NCBI GenBank assembly: GCA_963814375.1
Contig: CAWFCQ010000006.1
Span: 96,001-160,000 of the forward strand
Direction: 5' to 3'
From: an uncultured Chloroflexia bacterium
Lineage (GTDB): Bacteria > Chloroflexota > Limnocylindria > QHBO01
Length of the DNA: 64,000 bases
The notes under the pieces were generated by a model. The model was given only the letters and a program-made list of their open reading frames with translations, was not told where the DNA came from and did no database searches. The position numbers were made by a program, and so were the translations under genes. This document shows, in pieces, positions 63,302 through 64,000 of this stretch; within the stretch, counting starts at the first letter, position 1; the number at the start of each line of letters is the position of its first letter.

Positions 63302-63562
63302 TCAGGCGGCGCGCTCGACCGCCTCCAGGTACCAGTGCCGCCCGTCGTAGGCGATCGAGGCGCGACCGCCATCGGCCGCGCGCACGACGAGGGTCACGCG
63401 CGGGCCGCGGTCTGCGGGGTATGCGGCGCGCTCATCGCGGACGGCATCGAGGTCAACGACACGGAGGTGATGCCCGTCGCCCCAGCTGACCTCACGCGGC
63501 CGGCCGGCGGTGCGATCCCAGCGGACGCTGGCGAGAACGGGTGAGATCTGTACGAGTGCCAT
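63302..63562 (-). CDS. Small hypothetical protein downstream of dinB
   Basis: GGGAG RBS; RPREVSWGD...VRDERAAYP...WYLEAV. Confidence 0.7.
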   Translation of the reverse strand: MALVQISPVLASVRWDRTAGRPREVSWGDGHHLRVVDLDAVRDERAAYPADRGPRVTLVVRAADGGRASIAYDGRHWYLEAVERAA

Positions 63563-63620
63563 CGGTCGCTCCCATGATCGGATTCGTGATCCAGTTGGTG
63601 TTCACCTGTTCGTGGCACTC

Positions 63621-63676
63621 GAACAAGTGTTCGATTCAGACGTGCAGCATACCGAACGGATGTTCGATTCGTCAAG
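63621..63676 (-). promoter_or_regulatory. Sigma70 promoter with two LexA-type SOS boxes
   Basis: GAACAAGTGTTC at 63621-63632 and GAACGGATGTTC at 63654-63665; minus-strand TTGACG-18 bp-TATGCT. Confidence 0.8.
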
Positions 63677-64000
63677 CGTCTTCTTCACGGGCCGGCGCCT
63701 CCGGGCGCTCGCCGAAGTCGAACCGGCGTTGGGGTCGCTCGCGGAGCAGTCGGGCACGGGTGATGGCGCGCTCGCCGAAACGCTCGCGGACGGCATCGAT
63801 CGAGCGCGCCAGGCGATCGCTGCGATCGGGCGCGTCGAAGAGGGTGAGCTGCTGTGCATCGGTCAGGTTGATGGCAGTGAGCCCGATGAGCCGCACGCCG
63901 CGCCCCTCGACGATCGTCCGGCGCAGGAGCGCAAGCGCTGCCTCGTACAGCGGCTCGGACTCCCTGGTCTGGCGCGGCAGGGGCGCCTGACGGGTCAGCG
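63672..64000 (-). CDS. dinB: DNA polymerase IV (Y family), C-terminal part
   Basis: LTRQ...VRLIGL...QLTLF clamp-binding motif...IDAVRERFG. Confidence 0.85.
   Translation of the reverse strand, partial: LTRQAPLPRQTRESEPLYEAALALLRRTIVEGRGVRLIGLTAINLTDAQQLTLFDAPDRSDRLARSIDAVRERFGERAITRARLLRERPQRRFDFGERPEAPAREEDA

Overview
High-GC bacterial chromosomal window made up mostly of housekeeping and catabolic genes. A Chloroflexota origin is inferred from an FMN-riboswitch-controlled NMT1/THI5-type ABC transporter, GAAC-N4-GTTC LexA-type boxes and a VPDTA-type sorting signal. Contents include leucine-catabolism genes (enoyl-CoA hydratase, carboxyltransferase beta subunit), thyX, csaA, three aldehyde dehydrogenases, a class III aminotransferase, fumC, pyrD, a GH13 glucosidase, a sugar ABC/LacI locus, a two-component pair, tdh-kbl, an ECF sigma/anti-sigma pair, argS, a scattered folate-dependent histidine-degradation set (hutH, hutU, formiminotransferase, cyclodeaminase, folD) and the 3' end of dinB. 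I saw no mobile elements, CRISPR arrays, rRNA or tRNA. About ten genes carry single-base frameshifts and two regions are badly garbled, which most likely reflects read or assembly error. The most notable observations are: (1) a translationally coupled rsmI - ArmA/Rmt/Sgm-family 16S methyltransferase - divergent tgt operon; (2) an orphan membrane protein with three DTEGH and three WTADERAG repeats; (3) an identical LexA-type box at a small gene next to dinB and at a secreted C39-like peptidase operon; (4) DnaA and NrdR-like boxes at thyX; (5) a candidate structured RNA at about 42.1 kb; (6) pervasive leaderless promoters; (7) two small ORFs missed by the ORF track. All calls come from motif recognition by eye, with no database searches.
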